From: Candidatus Omnitrophota bacterium
Lineage (GTDB): Bacteria; Omnitrophota; Gorgyraeia; JAHJTE01
Length of the DNA stretch: 64,000 nt
Assembly: GCA_018830005.1 (NCBI GenBank)
Contig: JAHJTE010000002.1
Coordinates: forward strand, 7,053 to 71,052
Reading direction: 5' to 3'
Positions 38,660 through 49,254 of this stretch are shown here, piece after piece. Position 1 is the first letter of the stretch. Each line of letters begins with the position of its first letter. The position numbers were made by a program, and so were the translations under genes. The notes under the pieces were generated by a model. It had not been told where the DNA came from. It did not search any database and saw only the letters and a list, made by a program, of their open reading frames with translations.

Positions 38660-39471
38660 AAAGAATAATATTATTTATATTTAGTTTTATCATTCTTTTT
38701 AGCTTATCAGCTGTCTATGCTCAATCCAATCAAGAAGATACGCATTTTCCTTTTATTGGCAGGATAAAAGCAGAAAGGGTTAATGTTCGCTCTGGTCCGC
38801 ATCTAAACTTTGAAACCCTGGGTAAGGTAAAAAAAGGACAAGATATTACCGTGGTAGGAGAAAAACAGGATTGGTATAAGGTTAGAGTACCAAGCAATTT
38901 TTCAGTGTTTGTTGACTATAAATTTGTCCAAAAACGCACTGAGCCTGTTGGGGTTGTTAAGGGTAAAAGAGTAAATGTCAGGGCAAAGCCAAACTTAAAG
39001 GCTACGCTCCTAGGACAACTTAACAAAGGAGAGATAGTTACAATTAGAGGCCAAAATAATGAATGGCTAAAGATTGCACCCACACCAAACTGTTTTGCCT
39101 GGATAAAGGCAGAATTCGTCAATTACATTCGAGCCGGACTCGCCAAAGAACCAGCAGACGAAATAGAGCTTGTTAAAAAACCTGAGCCTAAGGTAGAGAA
39201 GGCATCCTCTGGTTGTAAAAAGTGCGGCCAGAAAAGAAAAGAAACTCCTACGGCAAAAGGCATAGTTGAAGATTCCGGAAGACTATTAAACAAGCGCTCC
39301 TTGGCCAAACTCATTGATAAGAATAATGAAATTGAATACTTCCTAGATGCTGATAAGAAATTACTAGACACCTATGGCAATTCCAGAGTAGCTGTGTGGG
39401 GAGAAGTAATAAAAGATAAGGATTACCCTGCCCCGATAATAAAGGTAGAAAAAATAATCTTGTTAGAGTAG
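38656..39471 (+). CDS. Secreted tandem SH3b domain protein
   Basis: Signal peptide; two VNVR(S/A)xP...W(Y/L)K(V/I) repeats. Confidence 0.85.
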   Translation: MKRIILFIFSFIILFSLSAVYAQSNQEDTHFPFIGRIKAERVNVRSGPHLNFETLGKVKKGQDITVVGEKQDWYKVRVPSNFSVFVDYKFVQKRTEPVGVVKGKRVNVRAKPNLKATLLGQLNKGEIVTIRGQNNEWLKIAPTPNCFAWIKAEFVNYIRAGLAKEPADEIELVKKPEPKVEKASSGCKKCGQKRKETPTAKGIVEDSGRLLNKRSLAKLIDKNNEIEYFLDADKKLLDTYGNSRVAVWGEVIKDKDYPAPIIKVEKIILLE

Positions 39472-39472
39472 A

Positions 39473-40078
39473 ATGTCTTTTTTGATTTCTATAAGCCTAT
39501 TTTTCTTTGCATTCACCATTCACGAATTCGCCCATGGTTGGGTAGCATTAAAACTGGGTGATCCTACTGCAAAATATTCCGGAAGACTAACCCTCAATCC
39601 GCTAAAACACATCGATCCTATAGGTACTGTCCTTATTCCTGTTTTACTCTACATTACTCATTCACCCTTTATTTTTGGCTGGGCAAAGCCGGTTCCCATA
39701 AATTTTTTGAGATTAGGAAATCCCAAAAAGGATATTATCTGGGTAGGTCTGGCCGGTCCAATGGCAAATATTATCCTGGCAATTATTATCGGCACTATAT
39801 TTCGTATGAATATTGCAATAGACATTAACCTGTTTGTCATGCTGCGGACTCTAGGAATATTAAATCTGGTCCTTGCTGTTTTCAATCTCATCCCTATTCC
39901 GCCTTTAGATGGCTCACGCGTATTACTAGGATTGTTACCGAACAATTTAGCCCGTTCCTATGCGCGAATCGAACCATTTGGTATGTTCATACTTATTGGC
40001 CTGCTTGCATTTGGCCTGCTGCGTGTAATCATCTGGCCGATAATTTCACTTCTAGCAGTTATCATAGGTTTGATATAG
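39473..40078 (+). CDS. Site-2 protease (M50)
   Basis: HEFAH, AGPMAN and NLIPIPPLDG motifs. Confidence 0.92.
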   Translation: MSFLISISLFFFAFTIHEFAHGWVALKLGDPTAKYSGRLTLNPLKHIDPIGTVLIPVLLYITHSPFIFGWAKPVPINFLRLGNPKKDIIWVGLAGPMANIILAIIIGTIFRMNIAIDINLFVMLRTLGILNLVLAVFNLIPIPPLDGSRVLLGLLPNNLARSYARIEPFGMFILIGLLAFGLLRVIIWPIISLLAVIIGLI

Positions 40079-41161
40079 ATGAAAAAGATTAAGGTTAATC
40101 TCAAGGACAGAAGCTACGATATCCTCGTTGGAAATAAGATTATTCCTGGATTGCCTGCCTGTATTAGGAGGATTATCAAGCAGACTGATGCAATCATAAT
40201 CACAAATTCAACTATTGCCAAGCGTTACGCAGGTGCGCTAAAAAAAGCATTAAAAGGCAGTGGATTTTCTCATATACTTCTTACTGTACCTGACAGCGAA
40301 AAGGCAAAATCCATATTCTACCTGAATAAACTTTTAAATAAAATTGCAAGATACGCAAAGGACAAACTGCCTTTTATCATCGCTCTAGGGGGAGGAGTGG
40401 TAGGTGATGTTGCGGGATTCCTGGCATCAATTTATAAAAGAGGCATCCCCTATATACAAATTCCTACAACCCTGCTTGCGCAAATTGATTCTAGTATTGG
40501 CGGGAAGACTGCCCTAGATTTAACCAGTGGTAAGAATCTCGTTGGTTCATTCTATCAGCCAAAATTGGTATTATGCGACATTGGTCTCCTAAAGAGTCTG
40601 CCGCAGCGGGAAATTAGCTCAGGTCTGGCAGAACTAATCAAATATGCCTTGATAAAGGATGTTGGACTTTTTAATTATCTTGAAAAAAACTATAAAAATT
40701 TACTAAAGTTAAAGCCCGCAAATTTACTACCGGCTGTTTCTTGTTGCGTTAAAATTAAGGCCCAAGTTGTATCAAAAGATGAAAGGGAAAAAAGAGGACT
40801 GCGCACTATTCTTAATTTTGGTCATACTGTAGGGCATGCCATAGAAAGTGCCAGTAATTACAGATACAATCACGGTGAATCAGTAGCCTTAGGAATGCTG
40901 GCTGAGGCAAGGATTGCGCTCTCTCTGAAACTGATAAATAATGATATTTATGACAGGATCTTAAAGTTGATAAGGAATTGCCGCCTACCTACTAAAATAA
41001 GAAAGATAAAGTGCGAAAAAATAATGCAGGTTATTTATTTTGATAAGAAATTCGTTGGTAAGCTTAGTCGTTTTGTCCTGCCAACTAAAATTGGTAAGGT
41101 GATAATTAAAGAGAATATTAAGCAGGCAGTTATAAGAGAGGCCATAAAGGACCTGAGTTAA
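40079..41161 (+). CDS. aroB: 3-dehydroquinate synthase
   Basis: GGGVVGD, PTTLLAQIDSSIGGK, LNFGHT and HGESVA motifs. Confidence 0.95.
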   Translation: MKKIKVNLKDRSYDILVGNKIIPGLPACIRRIIKQTDAIIITNSTIAKRYAGALKKALKGSGFSHILLTVPDSEKAKSIFYLNKLLNKIARYAKDKLPFIIALGGGVVGDVAGFLASIYKRGIPYIQIPTTLLAQIDSSIGGKTALDLTSGKNLVGSFYQPKLVLCDIGLLKSLPQREISSGLAELIKYALIKDVGLFNYLEKNYKNLLKLKPANLLPAVSCCVKIKAQVVSKDEREKRGLRTILNFGHTVGHAIESASNYRYNHGESVALGMLAEARIALSLKLINNDIYDRILKLIRNCRLPTKIRKIKCEKIMQVIYFDKKFVGKLSRFVLPTKIGKVIIKENIKQAVIREAIKDLS

Positions 41162-41176
41162 AGATTCTTAATTTTG

Positions 41177-41839
41177 TTACTCGATAGTCAAAACAAATTC
41201 CTTACCGCCAAATGAAAGCACTACCTCTCTGGAACCTACCGAAATTACCTTAGCGCCTTTTATCGTATCGCCAACCTCAACAATCTGATCATCAATCAGG
41301 GCTAGATTGCGTCCCTCAGAAGAAACTATCCCATCAAGCGAAAGGGAGATCTCAGGACTTAAATGAAATAAGTTCTTCTTTGACTTCTTTTGAACTGGTT
41401 GGGCGCCAGAGGCTTCAGGCGTAGTCACAGGCCCTTCCTCAGTAACCTGCACTAAATATTTATCCTGGAACTTGAAAGCAAAAAGATAAAAGACTAAAAG
41501 GCTACCCAATAGTCCAAATACAATCATGGCAATAAAAGCAAAAGGGTTCATATGTCTAATATCATGTATAGTCCACATGTGCAGACGCGGGCGCTTTGTT
41601 GCCTTTTCCTTAGCAACATCTTTTTCCTGTTCAGCTATCGGCCGTGTGCCTGCTATAGGCTTAATAGGTTGCGTTAAGTCTTCGCCAGCAGCAAAACCAG
41701 AAGAAGTAATCCCACGAGTAGGAGTTTTATCCTTAGGTGCTTCTTGTGGTTTTTGCGACTCTTTTGATTCAGGTTCTTTGGCATGCTGAGAACTAAATCT
41801 GGACTGAGCCTTCTTTAGAGCGTCAAATATTATACTCAT
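41177..41839 (-). CDS. GspB/ExeB-like protein
   Basis: MSIIFDALKKAQ N-terminus, one TM, LDGI...ALIDDQIVEVGDTI.GAKV; downstream of exeA. Confidence 0.75.
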   Translation of the reverse strand: MSIIFDALKKAQSRFSSQHAKEPESKESQKPQEAPKDKTPTRGITSSGFAAGEDLTQPIKPIAGTRPIAEQEKDVAKEKATKRPRLHMWTIHDIRHMNPFAFIAMIVFGLLGSLLVFYLFAFKFQDKYLVQVTEEGPVTTPEASGAQPVQKKSKKNLFHLSPEISLSLDGIVSSEGRNLALIDDQIVEVGDTIKGAKVISVGSREVVLSFGGKEFVLTIE

Positions 41840-42636
41840 CCTAACTCCTCAATACATTTTTTTATCAAATCTCTTGATATAGTGTTTGTCTCTAGAACAA
41901 ATCCTGCCAGCAAGGCGCGGTCACAGAGAATATTGATTAGACGAGGCGTGCCTCCAGAGTAACTAAAGATTTCACTCAATGCATCCTGGCTAAATTCAAT
42001 TTTACTCTTTGCCCTGGCAATGTGCAAGCGATGTTTTATATATTCTTCCAATTCATCTCGCTCAAGAGGCAAGATATGGTAACGCACAGCAATCCTTTGA
42101 TTCAACTGTCTCAAGCTCGGCTGCTTCAGTTTGTCGCATAATTCTGGTTGACCAACAAGAACGATCTGTAAGAGCTTGAGCTTCTCTGTCTCTAGATTAG
42201 AAAGGAGACGAATCTGCTCTAATTGTTTTGAAGATAAGTTTTGTGCCTCATCAATTAAAATAACAACATTATTACCACAATTCGCCTCTCGTAGAAGAAA
42301 ATCATTCAAGGCGTTGATAAGGGCAAGTTTTGTGCGCGACTTTAAATTCAAACCAAGGTCTGCCATAATTGCCTGCAATAATTGGACTTGCGACAAATAT
42401 GGATTTAAGATAAATGCGGTTTTTGTACTCCTGTCTAGGTGGTTAAGAAGTGCTCTGCAGAGAGTGGTCTTGCCTGTTCCGATCTCACCTGTAATCTCCA
42501 AGATGCCTTTTCTATCTTGGATACCATAGACAAGGTGAGAGAAAGCCTCTTTATGCCTTCTACTTAAATAAAAAAAGGTAGGATCAGCCGTTACGTTGAA
42601 CGGCTTTTCTTTAAAACCATAAAAATTTTCATACAT
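41836..42636 (-). CDS. ExeA/GspA AAA ATPase (no C-terminal peptidoglycan-binding part)
   Basis: MYENFYGFKEKPF, GEIGTGKT, IDEAQ, VGQPEL and GTPRLIN motifs. Confidence 0.9.
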   Translation of the reverse strand: MYENFYGFKEKPFNVTADPTFFYLSRRHKEAFSHLVYGIQDRKGILEITGEIGTGKTTLCRALLNHLDRSTKTAFILNPYLSQVQLLQAIMADLGLNLKSRTKLALINALNDFLLREANCGNNVVILIDEAQNLSSKQLEQIRLLSNLETEKLKLLQIVLVGQPELCDKLKQPSLRQLNQRIAVRYHILPLERDELEEYIKHRLHIARAKSKIEFSQDALSEIFSYSGGTPRLINILCDRALLAGFVLETNTISRDLIKKCIEELG

Positions 42637-42724
42637 AATATTTTCTTAAATTATAGCAAGACTCTAAATCAATGTAAAGGGCAAATATTTGACATCGCTA
42701 ATTTATTGTGCTAGACTTACTAGC

Positions 42725-43075
42725 ATGGAACAGGCAAATATTGAAAGAAGAAAGCATAAAAGACTCAATAAACGCTTCCCCGTACATTTCCGCATAAAAA
42801 CTACCAATAAATACGGCGATACCTTAAGCTGTGACGTTAGCGGAGGCGGCATAAGGGTAATGATTCAGAATTTCATAGCCCCCAAAACTGATTTTATGCT
42901 TGAATTTAGCATTAATGATTTCTTTCAGATTATTTCCGCTGTCGGAAAAGTCGTCTGGACAAAGAAAGTGCCCCATTCTGATCGCTATCAGTTAGGTATA
43001 GAATTCAAGGAAATCCCTTCAAAAGTCAAAGAAGTCATAACTCAATTTATTGAAGATTGCTTTAGCAAGCTCTAA
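42725..43075 (+). CDS. PilZ domain protein
   Basis: ERRKHKR, DVSGGG and GIEF motifs; promoter TTGACA(42689)-17-TAGACT. Confidence 0.85.
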   Translation: MEQANIERRKHKRLNKRFPVHFRIKTTNKYGDTLSCDVSGGGIRVMIQNFIAPKTDFMLEFSINDFFQIISAVGKVVWTKKVPHSDRYQLGIEFKEIPSKVKEVITQFIEDCFSKL

Positions 43076-43161
43076 CCCACCTTTAAAAAATCTTTTGCCA
43101 TAAAAATTATATGTGTTAAAATATGGTGTTGGGCTTACTAATAAAATAAGGAGATAAATTA

Positions 43162-43524
43162 ATGCCAAAGAAAGAGAAAAAAGCTAAAGAAGAACAAAAT
43201 AAAAACTGTCAAAATTGTAACAAGCCAATATACAGAATTTCACGTTATTATCGAAATGGTAAATTCTTCTGTGGTAAAGGTTGCTTTAAGGCCTCCGAAG
43301 AGAAAATGGCGGAAGAGAGAAAGAAAAAGGAAGAAGAGGAGAAAGAGCAAAAACGTCAAGAAGCCGAAAAGCAAACAGAAGAGGCAAAAAAACAAACAGA
43401 GGAATCTAAGGATAAAGAGTCACAAGTTGAGGAAAAAGCAGAGGAGTCCCCTAAGAAAGAAGAGGCAGCTCCCAAAGAGACTAAAAAAGAAGAAGAACCT
43501 AAGAAAGATCCGAAGCAGGGATAA
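43162..43524 (+). CDS. Hypothetical protein with Cys4 (TRASH/YHS-like) finger and charged tail
   Basis: CQNC...YYRNGKFFCGKGC; SD AAGGAG. Confidence 0.65.
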   Translation: MPKKEKKAKEEQNKNCQNCNKPIYRISRYYRNGKFFCGKGCFKASEEKMAEERKKKEEEEKEQKRQEAEKQTEEAKKQTEESKDKESQVEEKAEESPKKEEAAPKETKKEEEPKKDPKQG

Positions 43525-43529
43525 AAATA

Positions 43530-43910
43530 ATGAACTACAAAGGATCAGAAAGAAGAAGAGCAAGTCGAGTCGAAAAGAATGTACCCATAAAGATAAAAGA
43601 GGTCAATTTTGACTCTGTCAGTGAAACAAGAAACCTAAGCTCTTCTGGAATTTACTGCAGGCTGGATAAATATATCGCACCAATGGAAAAGGTTGTTATG
43701 ATTCTTTTGGTACCGCGATTAAAAGAATCTTCCCCTGGAAAAGACCGCTGCAAAAAGGTCGAATGCGAAGGCACAATAGTAAGAACCGAGCTGGTCAATG
43801 ATCCTATTGAAGGCGACTACTATAATGTTGCTATCTTCTTTAGCGAGATAAAAAAAGCAGACAAGTCCTACATTGAAAAATATGTAAAGAGACATTTGGA
43901 AGAAAAGTGA
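43530..43910 (+). CDS. PilZ domain protein
   Basis: ERRRASR and NLSSSG motifs. Confidence 0.85.
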   Translation: MNYKGSERRRASRVEKNVPIKIKEVNFDSVSETRNLSSSGIYCRLDKYIAPMEKVVMILLVPRLKESSPGKDRCKKVECEGTIVRTELVNDPIEGDYYNVAIFFSEIKKADKSYIEKYVKRHLEEK

Positions 43911-43926
43911 CAACCCACCCCAGGCA

Positions 43927-44622
43927 ATGAGAAAAGTTATTACAATCCTTGCTCTTCTTTGCCTATCCATAATAAGCCTCAATGTTTTTTCTAAAGAAAA
44001 CAAGGAAGCTATGAGTATCAAGCTCCCAGACATCAAAATATCCACGAATAAACCTCTTAATCGACTTCTTCAAAAACGACAATCCCTTAGAAAATTCAGC
44101 AATAAAAAATTAACATTGGAACAAATCTCTTCACTTCTCTGGGCAGCAATAGGTGAAAAGGTTGATGCTGTTAGCTCTGCCAGCCGCACTGTGCCATCAG
44201 CAGGAGCAAGCTATCCTGTTGAAGTATATTTATATGTACAAGGTGATACTGTGGATGTTTTAAAGTCAGGATTTTATCATTATCTTTCTGGTACACATAG
44301 CCTGAATTCTCTGCCTGTAAAAATTAACAATGAGGAAATCATCTCTTCCTGCTGGGACCAGGGATTTATCGCCCAAGCCCCTATTGTTATTATAGTTGTG
44401 GCTAATTTTGAAAAAACAACAAGTCGCTACGGGAAAAGAGGCCAGCGCTATGTCTACATCGATGCCGGACATGTTGGTCAGAATTTATATCTTATGGCTA
44501 CACAATTAGGCTTAGTAACTGTAGAGGTAGGGGCGTTTGACGATTTTAGACTAGCAGAATGCTTAAAATTACCAAAACCATTAAAGCCAATACTGGTTAT
44601 GCCAGTTGGTTATGCCTTTTAG
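43927..44622 (+). CDS. SagB/ThcOx family nitroreductase-like protein with signal peptide
   Basis: RQSLRKF, RTVPSAGASYP, DAGHVGQNLYL and GAFDD motifs. Confidence 0.85.
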   Translation: MRKVITILALLCLSIISLNVFSKENKEAMSIKLPDIKISTNKPLNRLLQKRQSLRKFSNKKLTLEQISSLLWAAIGEKVDAVSSASRTVPSAGASYPVEVYLYVQGDTVDVLKSGFYHYLSGTHSLNSLPVKINNEEIISSCWDQGFIAQAPIVIIVVANFEKTTSRYGKRGQRYVYIDAGHVGQNLYLMATQLGLVTVEVGAFDDFRLAECLKLPKPLKPILVMPVGYAF

Positions 44623-44628
44623 TAAAAA

Positions 44629-45156
44629 ATGAGAGTCGCAGGATTTACTGAATCTGTAAAATTAATCGTTGGCCTCATCAGTAAGGATGAGGCGTTTCTT
44701 TTATCGGCAAAAAAAGAATTAGCAAAAGAATTCGGAAAAATAGACTTTGAGAGTCGTATAATGGCCTTTAACTACACAGATTACTATACCCGGGAGATGG
44801 GAGATAACCTTAAACGCGTTTTCTTGGGTTTTGAAAAATTAATTGATCCAACCAAATTAACCAGGATAAAAATCTTGACCAATAAGTTAGAAGAACGTTT
44901 CTCTCATCAAGGCAGGAGAAAAGTAAATATTGACCCCGGCTACATTGATTTAGCAAGATTGATCCTAGCCTCAACAAAGGACTTTAGCCATCGAATCTGC
45001 TTGGGCAAAGGGATTTATGCAGAGGTTACGCTACTGTTTAAAAATAAGACATTTACCCCGCTTGAGTGGACGTATCCGGATTACAGAACAAAAGATTATA
45101 TAGAAGTTTTTAAAGACTTAAGAGCAATATACAGCAGACAAATTTCCTCACAATGA
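44629..45156 (+). CDS. DUF4416 family protein
   Basis: TDYYTREMG, NIDPGY, LASTK..SHRI and WTYPDY motifs. Confidence 0.8.
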   Translation: MRVAGFTESVKLIVGLISKDEAFLLSAKKELAKEFGKIDFESRIMAFNYTDYYTREMGDNLKRVFLGFEKLIDPTKLTRIKILTNKLEERFSHQGRRKVNIDPGYIDLARLILASTKDFSHRICLGKGIYAEVTLLFKNKTFTPLEWTYPDYRTKDYIEVFKDLRAIYSRQISSQ

Positions 45157-45896
45157 AATTAAAAACTTTTTTAATATTGGTTTTGCTATTCGTCTTTTTA
45201 TCTGGTTGCGCTAATACATATAATCCAGCAACCGGCAAAAACGAATTTATCATTATTGGCACGAGCTCAGAAGTAAGCCTTGGAAAACAAGTCGCTCGCC
45301 AGATTGCCTGGGAAAAACAAATAATAAAAACCGGGTTTCAGCAATTAAGAGTACAAAGAATCGGAGAACGCCTAGCTAAACACTCAGATCGCAAGGATTT
45401 GGAATATAATTTTTTTCTAGTTAAAGATGAAGAACTTAATGCCTTTGCCGTACCCGGCGGCTTTATCTACATAAACACTGGTTTAGCAGAGAGGGCAACT
45501 GAGGACGAACTTGCCTGTGTAATCGCCCATGAAATTGTCCACGTTGCTGCGCGCCACAGCGTAAAAAACCTTCAGGCCTCTTTAGGTTACCAACTTCTTA
45601 TTTCAATAGCCTTAGGTAATAAAAATCAGATAAGGACACGACAGATCTCTGATATGGTATTTAATTTAAGCAGACTTGGTTATTCACGTAGTGATGAAAC
45701 GTTAGCAGATAAATTGGGCGTAAAATACGCACATTTAGCTGGATATAATCCGCAAGGAATGATTAGTTTCTTTGAGAAATTAAAACAAGAGGCCCTAAAA
45801 CATGGAGGCGCTTTACGCATCGAGATATTCAGTTCACATCCTGACATAGACAAACGAATACTGACTACTAAAGAAGAGATTAAAAAGCTGCAATAA
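45153..45896 (+). CDS. M48 family metalloprotease lipoprotein
   Basis: Lipobox LSGC; NAFAVPGG, HEIVH, E.LAD and SSHP motifs. Confidence 0.9.
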   Translation: MKLKTFLILVLLFVFLSGCANTYNPATGKNEFIIIGTSSEVSLGKQVARQIAWEKQIIKTGFQQLRVQRIGERLAKHSDRKDLEYNFFLVKDEELNAFAVPGGFIYINTGLAERATEDELACVIAHEIVHVAARHSVKNLQASLGYQLLISIALGNKNQIRTRQISDMVFNLSRLGYSRSDETLADKLGVKYAHLAGYNPQGMISFFEKLKQEALKHGGALRIEIFSSHPDIDKRILTTKEEIKKLQ

Positions 45897-45898
45897 CA

Positions 45899-46435
45899 AT
45901 GAAAAATAAAAAGAAGGTGTGTCTCCTGCTTTTTCTTTTATTGCTTATTGACTCCTCAGTATCAGCTGAAACAATCAAGCTTAAATCAGGAAAAACTGTT
46001 GAAGGAAAAATTGTTACGATGACAGATAAATATATAAAGGTAGATATCGGAATTAATGTAAATATTATGTATTTTTTAGATGAAATAGAAAAGGTAGATA
46101 AAGGCGAGACGGAGGACAGTCAAGTTGAGGACTACACTGTTGAGAATGAGCATTCTATTAAAAGAAACAAATTCTATCCTATTCCTTACCAACCCAACGT
46201 GAATAAATTACAACATCGCCTAAAGCCTAATTTCAAAACAACAACAAGAACCATCCAATTCCAAAAAAGTGCCCTGAAATTACAAATGCCACTTCAATCT
46301 AAAGAAGAATTTCTGATAGATGCGCCTCAGCATGATCATTTTACAGGAGAATATCAGCTACAAAGAGATACCTGGAGAGACGCCTGGCGACAGAGAAGAA
46401 ATAGTTGGCAAGAGAACCATTTTTATAGAAAATAA
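45899..46435 (+). CDS. Hypothetical secreted protein
   Basis: Signal peptide followed by [15 protein letters not shown] small beta domain. Confidence 0.6.
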   Translation: MKNKKKVCLLLFLLLLIDSSVSAETIKLKSGKTVEGKIVTMTDKYIKVDIGINVNIMYFLDEIEKVDKGETEDSQVEDYTVENEHSIKRNKFYPIPYQPNVNKLQHRLKPNFKTTTRTIQFQKSALKLQMPLQSKEEFLIDAPQHDHFTGEYQLQRDTWRDAWRQRRNSWQENHFYRK

Positions 46436-46436
46436 G

Positions 46437-47477
46437 ATGGTAAAGACAAAGATAATCTGTACAATAGGCCCATCCAGCTCTAATGAAACTGTCTTAAGGA
46501 ATATGGTGTTAGCAGGTATGGATGTTATAAGGCTGAATTTTTCGCATGGCACTCATAGAGAACATCAATCCCGAATTGATTTAATTAGAGGGTTAAATAA
46601 AAGGTATAGGCGACACATCAAGATATTACAGGACCTGGAAGGATATCGCATAAGAATTGGCAGGCTAAAAGGTAGGAAGGCAATTGAATTAAAAAGAAGA
46701 CAAGTAGTTCTTTTGAGCAATAAGAAAAGATTAAAAAACAAAAGTATTATAGCATTCGACTACCAAGGCTCATTAAACGACATAGAGGCAGGAAGTTATA
46801 TATATATAGATGATGGAAATATCTCGCTTAAGGTAAAGGCCAGATATAAGAATTATATAAAAACAGAGGTAGTTATTCCGGGAACCCTAAAAGAAAATAA
46901 AGGCATTAATATCCCAGATGCTAAGTTAAAATTCAAAGGCCTAACAGAAAAGGATAAGATAGATCTTGAATTCGCAATCAGAAACAAGGTAGATTATATC
47001 GCCCAGTCATTTGTAAGAAGTAAAAAGGATATTAATAATATTAGACGCTTTATTAAAAAAGGCGGCGCGAATCCCAAGGTTATTGCTAAGATCGAAAACC
47101 GTCAAGGAATCAATAATATAGATAAGATTCTAGGTGTATCTGATGGGATTATGATTGCACGTGGAGATATGGGTGTATCTTTACCCATATATCAGATACC
47201 ATTTTATCAGAAGATGATAATTAAAAAATGTAATAAAAGAAGGCGGTTCGTAATTACAGCTACGCAAATGCTTGAGAGCATGACTGAAAATCTAAAACCT
47301 ACGCGCGCAGAAGTAACTGACGTGGCTAATGCAATACTTGATGGTTCGGATTTCCTGATGCTTTCAGGAGAGACAGCTGTTGGCAAATATCCTGCTAAAA
47401 CAGTAGAGATGATGAATCAAATAATTAAATTCACGGAAAGGTCAAGTAAGACCACAACTAAGGAGGTAGTAATATGA
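46437..47477 (+). CDS. pyk: Pyruvate kinase, short form lacking C domain
   Basis: [40 protein letters not shown] and MLSGETA motifs; start moved to 46437. Confidence 0.92.
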   Translation: MVKTKIICTIGPSSSNETVLRNMVLAGMDVIRLNFSHGTHREHQSRIDLIRGLNKRYRRHIKILQDLEGYRIRIGRLKGRKAIELKRRQVVLLSNKKRLKNKSIIAFDYQGSLNDIEAGSYIYIDDGNISLKVKARYKNYIKTEVVIPGTLKENKGINIPDAKLKFKGLTEKDKIDLEFAIRNKVDYIAQSFVRSKKDINNIRRFIKKGGANPKVIAKIENRQGINNIDKILGVSDGIMIARGDMGVSLPIYQIPFYQKMIIKKCNKRRRFVITATQMLESMTENLKPTRAEVTDVANAILDGSDFLMLSGETAVGKYPAKTVEMMNQIIKFTERSSKTTTKEVVI

Positions 47478-48250
47478 ATTGGGGTATGAAGAATAGATTA
47501 TCAAGAATAATCAGCCCGAAGACAGGCCGCTGTGTCATGCTGGCAGTAGACCATGGTTATTTTCAAGGTCCCACTACTGGCTTAAAAGACCTAGCTAAAA
47601 CCGTCAGTCCCCTCCTAGACTTTGCAGATGCATTAATGATAACCAGGGGCGCATTAAGAAACTGGATTGCACCAGAGATGGATAAACCTATCATTCTAAG
47701 GGTCTCAGGCGGCCAAAGCATATTAAAAGAATTATCAAACGAAATAATCACAACTTCTATTTCTGATTGCATAAGAATAAATGCATCTAGTATTACTTGC
47801 TCTGTTTACATCGGATCGGAATTTGAAAAACAGACGATTGGAAATTTATCTAAAATAGTAAATGAAGGGGAAAATTACGGAATTCCCGTGCTGGCAGTAA
47901 CAGCAGTCGGTAAGGAAATAGCGCGCGATGCGCGTTATTTAAGTCTAGCATCAAGGATGTGCGTAGAATTGGGTGCACATATGATAAAAACCTATTACTG
48001 CGAAAACTTTAAAAAAGTTGTGCAGGCCTGTGGAAACGTTCCGGTTGTTATTGCAGGTGGAAAGAAAATAGAAGAAAAAAAGGCCTTAGAAATGGCCTAT
48101 CATGCGATTAAAGACGGCGCAGCTGGTGTAGATATGGGAAGAAATATATTCCAATCTGATAATCCAGTCGGAATGATAAAAGCCGTAAGGGCTATTGTCC
48201 ATAACAAGGCCTCAGTCAATGAAGCCTTCAGGATTTATAAACATACCTAG
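47474..48250 (+). CDS. lsrF: LsrF/DhnA-type class I aldolase/thiolase
   Basis: [31 protein letters not shown] and [10 protein letters not shown] motifs. Confidence 0.88.
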   Translation: MNWGMKNRLSRIISPKTGRCVMLAVDHGYFQGPTTGLKDLAKTVSPLLDFADALMITRGALRNWIAPEMDKPIILRVSGGQSILKELSNEIITTSISDCIRINASSITCSVYIGSEFEKQTIGNLSKIVNEGENYGIPVLAVTAVGKEIARDARYLSLASRMCVELGAHMIKTYYCENFKKVVQACGNVPVVIAGGKKIEEKKALEMAYHAIKDGAAGVDMGRNIFQSDNPVGMIKAVRAIVHNKASVNEAFRIYKHT

Positions 48251-48254
48251 ATTA

Positions 48255-49235
48255 ATGAAAGTCGCAGTCTATTATAATAACAGAAAGATCAAGATAGAAG
48301 AACTGCCACGACCCCAGATAAAGGAGGGAGAAATCCTGCTTAAGGTCAAGGCCTCTGGTATCTGCGGCACAGATGTCCTGGAGTGGTATAGGATTAAAAA
48401 GGCCCCCCACATTCTAGGTCATGAAATAAGCGGTGAGATTGCTGAATCAAAATCAGCTAAATTCAAAGTTGGACAGAGAGTATTTGTAAGCCACCACGTT
48501 CCTTGTAATACTTGCAAATACTGCAGAGATGACAATCAAACAGCATGCGAAACCCTGCACAAAGGCAATTATGATCCGGGCGGATATAGTGAATTTGTCA
48601 GGGTGCCGAAAATAAACGTAGAATACGGCACCTATCTATTGCCGGATAATGTCTCTTATGAAGCGGCAACCATGATTGAGCCTCTGGCCTGTGCGATAAG
48701 GGGATTAAACTTAATTAATATAAGAGAGGGGCATTCTGTTTTAATTCTTGGGAGTGGTGTCTCTGGATTGATGAATATTGCGCTGGCAAAATTAAAAGGT
48801 GCAAAGGTTATCGCAACTGATATAAACGAATACAGATTAGAAAAGGCCAAGGAATTTGGCGCAGATAGGATAATAAATGCAAATCAAGACTTCAAGGTAA
48901 CGGCTGAAAGGATAATAATTTGTACTGGCGCTAAAGCTGCCATCTTAGAGGCATTCAAATCCATAGATAGAAAAGGTATAATACTTTTCTTTGCTATCGG
49001 CGATGAAAGAATCGAAGTCCCGGCTGTTGATTTTTGGAGGAATGAAATAACAATTACCTCAAGTTATGGTGCAGCCCCTAATGACCTAAAGCAGGCCTTA
49101 GAGCTGATCAAGGAAGAAAGATTAGATATTGAAGGGCTAATAACACATAAGCTACCCCTAGAACAAATCCAAGAGGGATTCGATATTGTCGCATCTGCAA
49201 ATAAATCTCTAAAGGTCATATTACTGCCTTTTTAA
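48255..49235 (+). CDS. Zinc-dependent MDR alcohol/sugar dehydrogenase
   Basis: GICGTD, GHE, CNTCKYC and GSGVSG motifs. Confidence 0.9.
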   Translation: MKVAVYYNNRKIKIEELPRPQIKEGEILLKVKASGICGTDVLEWYRIKKAPHILGHEISGEIAESKSAKFKVGQRVFVSHHVPCNTCKYCRDDNQTACETLHKGNYDPGGYSEFVRVPKINVEYGTYLLPDNVSYEAATMIEPLACAIRGLNLINIREGHSVLILGSGVSGLMNIALAKLKGAKVIATDINEYRLEKAKEFGADRIINANQDFKVTAERIIICTGAKAAILEAFKSIDRKGIILFFAIGDERIEVPAVDFWRNEITITSSYGAAPNDLKQALELIKEERLDIEGLITHKLPLEQIQEGFDIVASANKSLKVILLPF

Positions 49236-49254
49236 GTTAATAAGAGGGGAATAA

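Noticed and set aside
43927-44622. RiPP (azole) biosynthetic cluster
   Set aside because: Lone SagB-like domain; no YcaO, precursor peptide or transporter nearby.
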